IMG/VR virus record: IMGVR_UViG_3300037762_000035
Location: 1 to 26,497 of that record
Length of the DNA: 26,497 nt
Strand: one strand, 5' to 3'
Source: a virus
Lineage: Duplodnaviria; Caudoviricetes
Both the position numbers and the translations under genes were made by a program. This document shows positions 22,706-26,497 of the stretch, in pieces. Below the pieces are notes generated by a model. That model saw nothing but the letters and a program-made list of their open reading frames with translations, ran no database searches and was not told the DNA's origin. Position 1 is the stretch's first letter; each line of letters begins with the position of its first letter.

Positions 22706-23074
22706 TTAAACGCCCCCTCCACACCCCGGGGCCGGGCAGTTCCCGCTGTTCCCGTGAGGGAAGCAGGCGCAAGGCCGGCCACGTGCAGGCGCGTCGGACA
22801 TGTCGTCCTCGAACTCGTCATTGCGCACCAGTTGATCGGAGTATTGGGCCCGCTCGTAGGCCCCCATCAGGTAGAAGGGCCCGAAGACCCCCAGCATGAC
22901 GACCGCCCCGATCCAGCCCCCGGCTAACGCGCCGAGGATGGACACCATGAGGAGGATGAACGTGCCCGGGTGATCCCCGAGATAAGGCAGCGCGCCGCAC
23001 CCTCGCATGGTCTGCCGCAGCACGTGGATCGCCCACCCTGCCCCCTCTACGAAGCCCTTGTCCCGCGTGGTCAT
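22706..23074 (-). CDS. Hypothetical membrane protein (122 aa)
   Basis: Two hydrophobic segments; ATGA overlap; Cys-containing tail. Confidence 0.65.
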   Translation of the reverse strand: MTTRDKGFVEGAGWAIHVLRQTMRGCGALPYLGDHPGTFILLMVSILGALAGGWIGAVVMLGVFGPFYLMGAYERAQYSDQLVRNDEFEDDMSDAPARGRPCACFPHGNSGNCPAPGCGGGV

Positions 23075-23313
23075 AGGCCCAGCACCTTACGCGGGTCCAC
23101 GCGCGAGCGCACCTTGTAGGCACGCTTCGTACACAGGACCAGCAGGTGCGGAAGGTCTTCGCCGAGGAACTCCCCACCCCTGACGATCTTGACCAGAGGG
23201 ACGCCCGGTGTCGGCTCCGGAGTGCAAGCAGTCACGCGGTACACCCCGTAACCGCCGGAGCGCGCGGGATTCTTGTGGTGCGGGTGAAACGTCAAGACGA
23301 GTCGATGGTTCAC
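23071..23313 (-). CDS. Hypothetical protein (80 aa)
   Basis: GTGA/ATGA overlaps with neighbours. Confidence 0.6.
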   Translation of the reverse strand: MNHRLVLTFHPHHKNPARSGGYGVYRVTACTPEPTPGVPLVKIVRGGEFLGEDLPHLLVLCTKRAYKVRSRVDPRKVLGL

Positions 23314-23543
23314 TCGGACCCCCGCTTCTCACGCAGCCGGCGCGGCAGCGGCTTGCGTTCGGCCTCCGGCTCCTCCTCGCGTTCGGCGCGACCGCAGAGG
23401 TACATGAATCCGCCGTCGTCCACCGCCGCCTGCCGGGCCTCGTTGTGCGTGCGACGGAAGCCATGCGTGGTGCGCCCGGCTGCGCTCACGTCGTAACGGA
23501 TGGTGCCGAGTGCGTTTACATCACGTGCAATTTCGATGTGCAT
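23310..23543 (-). CDS. Hypothetical protein (77 aa)
   Basis: SD GGGAGGA. Confidence 0.65.
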   Translation of the reverse strand: MHIEIARDVNALGTIRYDVSAAGRTTHGFRRTHNEARQAAVDDGGFMYLCGRAEREEEPEAERKPLPRRLREKRGSE

Positions 23544-23551
23544 GGTCCTCC

Positions 23552-23809
23552 CTAGAGGTAGTTAAGACGTTCGTCGAGCATGGCGTTGGCCCACACGAAA
23601 GGCCACTGTACCAGTCGAGCCTTCGTGCGGGCTTCGTCGTAGGCGCGGAGTTCAGCTTCGTTGGTGCAGAGGTCATCGTGTGGATACCCCCTTTTATGGA
23701 TGATAACCTCGGGCCGCTTCCCAATCCCTCGTAGCGGGAAGTCCCACAACGGGGCAGCCGGTGCGCGGGCGGCGTAGTAATCGAGCAACGTGACGTGTTC
23801 GGGTTTCAT
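23552..23809 (-). CDS. Hypothetical protein (85 aa)
   Basis: TLLDYYAARAP..WANAML motif resembling small phage proteins; contiguous. Confidence 0.72.
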   Translation of the reverse strand: MKPEHVTLLDYYAARAPAAPLWDFPLRGIGKRPEVIIHKRGYPHDDLCTNEAELRAYDEARTKARLVQWPFVWANAMLDERLNYL

Positions 23810-23812
23810 GGG

Positions 23813-24400
23813 TCAGCCGATGCTCAGGTCCACACCGCCCACTTCGTCGAGCACTGACTCCCAGTGCTCCTCGATGCGGCGGGCCTGCTCCTCCTCGTGC
23901 TCCTTGCGCTCGTCGGCAATACGCGTGTCGTGTTCCTCCTGAGTCTCGTCGGTCTGACGCTCGTCCGCCTCAAACTCCTCCGGCTCCGGCGCGTCGAGGT
24001 CGATGGCCTCTAGTTCGCTCGCCGCCGACTCGCAGGCGTCGATGCGCTCTTGCAGTAGCTCGCCGGTCGGCCCTTGTTGCAAGCCCTCGGGCATGTTGTC
24101 GAGACTCGACTGGCACTCCTCGCCAAGCTCCCGTACAGCCTCGGCGATGGATGGCACCTCGTCCGCGAGGGACTCGTTCGGCTCCAGCGCGTTGATCTGG
24201 TCCTGAAGGTCGGCCAGCGTGCCGTAGAACGCGGACTGCGTAAGCTGCGACGCCTTCGGCGGGGTCAGGCTGAAGTGCTTGCCTCCGCGCCGGAACTTCC
24301 ACCAGTAATACGACTGGCCCTTCTTGATCCCACCGTCGATGCCGGTCTCGTCCTCCGAGTAGCGGCGGCGTGCAGCCTTGACGTGAGTTGCGTGTGCCAT
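23813..24400 (-). CDS. Hypothetical protein with basic N-terminus and very acidic C-terminal half (195 aa)
   Basis: SD AGGAGG before ATG 24400; KKGQSYYWWKFR and NMPEGLQQGPTGELLQERID motifs. Confidence 0.8.
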   Translation of the reverse strand: MAHATHVKAARRRYSEDETGIDGGIKKGQSYYWWKFRRGGKHFSLTPPKASQLTQSAFYGTLADLQDQINALEPNESLADEVPSIAEAVRELGEECQSSLDNMPEGLQQGPTGELLQERIDACESAASELEAIDLDAPEPEEFEADERQTDETQEEHDTRIADERKEHEEEQARRIEEHWESVLDEVGGVDLSIG

Positions 24401-24747
24401 TAGGTCCTCCTGTTCAGTTCGTTCTCGAATGTGGTCAGCGCCGCTTTCATCCGGGCACACTCGTCTAGCTTGTCCTTGAGGTCACTCCGCAGCCGCTCCA
24501 TCAACCACGGGATAACGCCGAGCATGGCCTCCTCGCGCGAGGTCCAGCCCCCGACAGTGCAGAATGGCCCGCCGCTCACGAGTCGCCAGCCGCTGAAGCC
24601 GCTGCGGTCGTTCGGCTTGCCGCCGTAGTTCTTCACCGCCCAATGCGTGAGCCTCGCGCCCTCCGGCTGCACCAAGTCCCAGCACTCGTCGCCGCTGCGG
24701 TCGTCGCGCTTCCACTCGAACGGCCCTACCTTGATCTGCTGGTCCAT
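24400..24747 (-). CDS. Hypothetical protein (115 aa)
   Basis: SD GGGAGGA before ATG 24747; first gene after promoter. Confidence 0.72.
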   Translation of the reverse strand: MDQQIKVGPFEWKRDDRSGDECWDLVQPEGARLTHWAVKNYGGKPNDRSGFSGWRLVSGGPFCTVGGWTSREEAMLGVIPWLMERLRSDLKDKLDECARMKAALTTFENELNRRT

Positions 24748-24774
24748 CTGTCCTCCCTGTTCAGTTAACTGCGG

Positions 24775-24803
24775 ATGATGCGCCTTAACTGTGGGGGTGT
24801 CAA
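24775..24803 (-). promoter_or_regulatory. sigma70-type promoter with adjacent palindrome CAGTTAACTG (24762-24771)
   Basis: TTGACA (24803-24798) -17 bp- CATCAT (24780-24775), intergenic. Confidence 0.62.
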
Positions 24804-24806
24804 GCC

Positions 24807-25019
24807 CTACCAGTTCCACGCCCAGTTGTAAGGGAACGAGCGCCCGCTCGTGGCGTGGGCCCGCATGCGGCGCTCGTGCTTGATTCGGGCGAGGTGCCGC
24901 TCACGCACTGGCAGGCGTGCCCGGAGCTTCTGCGACTTAGTGCGCAGGGCAGCGTCCACCTTAGCGCGGCGGCGCGCTGCCCTGCGTTGGCGGCGAGGAC
25001 GTTTAAATGTCAATACCAT
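24807..25019 (-). CDS. Arg-rich hypothetical protein (70 aa)
   Basis: SD GGGAGGA before ATG 25019; MVLTFKRPRRQRRAARRR... Confidence 0.65.
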   Translation of the reverse strand: MVLTFKRPRRQRRAARRRAKVDAALRTKSQKLRARLPVRERHLARIKHERRMRAHATSGRSFPYNWAWNW

Positions 25020-25171
25020 TCCTCCCAACTCAGCCACCATCTGCGCGGCTGGGCCCACCAGAACCAGCCGCTCCACCATCCGCCTCCGCGCAGGAAGCAC
25101 CAGCGGGCGTAGAAGTGGCCCACCTGTGCCTCCCATGCGGTAGCGCCTCGCCGGGGCCAGATGAAGGTCAT
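25010..25171 (-). CDS. Trp-rich hypothetical protein (53 aa)
   Basis: ATGA overlap at start; 12 Trp in 53 aa; fills gap. Confidence 0.55.
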   Translation of the reverse strand: MTFIWPRRGATAWEAQVGHFYARWCFLRGGGWWSGWFWWAQPRRWWLSWEEWY

Positions 25172-25302
25172 CGCGCGTCGATCATCCGCAGCAGCGATGC
25201 CTTGTCGCCCGCGCACATGCCCACACCCCAGCGCCGGGCCCGCCACTGACCAGTGACAGGGTGCCCGGCGTGATAGGTGACGGTCCAGCCCCGGTGGGTC
25301 AT
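25168..25302 (-). CDS. Hypothetical protein (44 aa, MTHRGWTVTYHAGHPVTGQW...)
   Basis: ATGA overlaps at both ends. Confidence 0.62.
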   Translation of the reverse strand: MTHRGWTVTYHAGHPVTGQWRARRWGVGMCAGDKASLLRMIDAR

Positions 25303-25634
25303 AGCAGCCGCGCTTCCATGTCGGACACCCACACCCACGCCTGCACGTAGCGGCCCGCGTCGCCGCCGGGTGCCCGCTCGGATACGACCGCGCGGTCGTC
25401 CACCTCCACGCTCCCCTCCTCATGGTAAATGCGGCGCGCGGCGAGCCGGTACTGCTCCAGCGTGGGCCGCTTGGACCGGGAGGGGGCGGCCTCGGGCAAC
25501 GGCTTGTAGTCCTCGCCCAAGCTGGCCTCGCCGATCACGGTGAGCTTCGGACCGCCACCCATGTTATGGTGGTGCACTAGTATCCGCAGCGTTTCGAGCG
25601 CGGTACCCACGCCGCCAATGGTCAGGGCCCTCAT
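25299..25634 (-). CDS. Hypothetical protein (111 aa)
   Basis: ATGA overlap at 25634; EVDD.A.VS...YVQAWVWV motif. Confidence 0.7.
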   Translation of the reverse strand: MRALTIGGVGTALETLRILVHHHNMGGGPKLTVIGEASLGEDYKPLPEAAPSRSKRPTLEQYRLAARRIYHEEGSVEVDDRAVVSERAPGGDAGRYVQAWVWVSDMEARLL

Positions 25635-25987
25635 GCTGCCACCTTCTTCTCGCCGTGGTAGCCGCCCTTCGCCGCGTAGTGCGCCTTCGCGTCGGCGATG
25701 ACTTGCGGCAGCATGGCCTGCGCCTCGGCGTGCAGCGTGGTGACACCCTTCTCGGTCGCCTTCACGCCGGAGCGCAGAACCGTCTTGCCGTAGTCGTAAA
25801 AGAGTGCGAACGTCGTGAAGCCGTCCTTGTGCAGCGCCACGGTGGCGAACGTGCTGATGCCGCCTTGCTCGCACTTGCTGGTGTGCAGGCACAGCTTGCG
25901 GTCGCCGTCGAAGTCGTAGTACGTCTGCGCGTTCCAGCCGCTGCGGGGTTTCTTCTGGATGTAGGTCTGTCCGGTTTCCATGCTCAT
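25631..25987 (-). CDS. Hypothetical protein (118 aa)
   Basis: SD GAGGAG; first gene after promoter 26019-26048. Confidence 0.78.
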   Translation of the reverse strand: MSMETGQTYIQKKPRSGWNAQTYYDFDGDRKLCLHTSKCEQGGISTFATVALHKDGFTTFALFYDYGKTVLRSGVKATEKGVTTLHAEAQAMLPQVIADAKAHYAAKGGYHGEKKVAA

Positions 25988-26018
25988 GTCTCCTCTGTTA
26001 AGGAAAAGATGCGGCCCG

Positions 26019-26048
26019 AGTCTAGTCGCACCCGGGCCGCGTTGTCAA
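26019..26048 (-). promoter_or_regulatory. sigma70-type promoter with an inverted repeat enclosing the -10
   Basis: TTGACA (26048-26043) -18 bp- TAGACT (26024-26019); GCGGCCCG (26011-26018) / CGGGCCGC (26033-26040). Confidence 0.68.
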
Positions 26049-26497
26049 CTACTTCGGATCGTGCTGCATCTCGTCGCCGAATGCCTCGCAGTCTCCGTTC
26101 GGGCAGAGCGGCACGCCTACGTCGAGCCACTTCTTCGTAATGCGCGCCGTGTACTCGCAGGACGGGCACCACACCTTGAGCAGCCGCGTCGGCTGCTTCG
26201 GGCCCAGCGACGAGCGCCCGGTTAACATCGCGTGCGGGTACGGGCCCAGCTTGGCGAGCAGCGGCGCGCTGATGTCCACCTTACCCGCGTCGCTCCACTC
26301 CGTGGACTTCATCGGGCCTTCGAGCCCCATCGCGTGCGCCGCTGCCTTGAAGATGGGCCCGTGCTTAGCCTTGAGCCCCACCCCCGCGTGGACCAACTCG
26401 TGCACCGCGTCCCCCAGCACGTCCAGTGACTCGGCGCGCTTGGGAGAGATAAACACCTCGATGGTCTTGTCCGCGCTGTTGTTCGGGGACCAACACT
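26049..26497 (-). CDS. SprT-like zinc metallopeptidase, 5' part outside window
   Basis: HELVH..H (HExxH plus third His), C-terminal CPSC..CPNGDC zinc ribbon. Confidence 0.8.
   Translation of the reverse strand, partial: CWSPNNSADKTIEVFISPKRAESLDVLGDAVHELVHAGVGLKAKHGPIFKAAAHAMGLEGPMKSTEWSDAGKVDISAPLLAKLGPYPHAMLTGRSSLGPKQPTRLLKVWCPSCEYTARITKKWLDVGVPLCPNGDCEAFGDEMQHDPK

Overview
A GC-rich (about 65% by eye) fragment of a tailed dsDNA phage genome, transcribed almost entirely on the minus strand. In transcription order it holds: small early or host-takeover ORFs behind sigma70-type promoters (26497-22700); an envelope-directed module (PagP-like beta-barrel, membrane-anchored trypsin-like protease, SleB-like hydrolase, small lipoprotein, SPFH protein); a replication and nucleotide block (family A DNA polymerase, nucleoside 2-deoxyribosyltransferase-like protein, dNMP kinase, DUF1643, metallophosphoesterase, PD-(D/E)XK nuclease, VRR-NUC, TraR/DksA-like protein, SNF2 helicase, SSB-like protein, HTH, primase-helicase, Nudix hydrolase); and a dense array of 21 tRNA genes covering all 20 amino acids that runs off the left edge. 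The host is probably a Gram-negative proteobacterium (inference from the TraR-like and outer-membrane genes). The most interesting signals are three non-tRNA passengers inside the tRNA operon (a ~112-nt rod-shaped ncRNA, a 17-aa Pro/Arg-rich ORF overlapping tRNA-Pro, and a 40-aa basic ORF with its own palindrome-covered promoter), strong enrichment of TTTAAA even inside codons, apparent complete absence of SAGCTS and several palindromic hexamers, two likely CTG starts, and a PolA with altered conserved motifs. All motif counts are hand counts and all family calls rest on motif recognition, not database searches.
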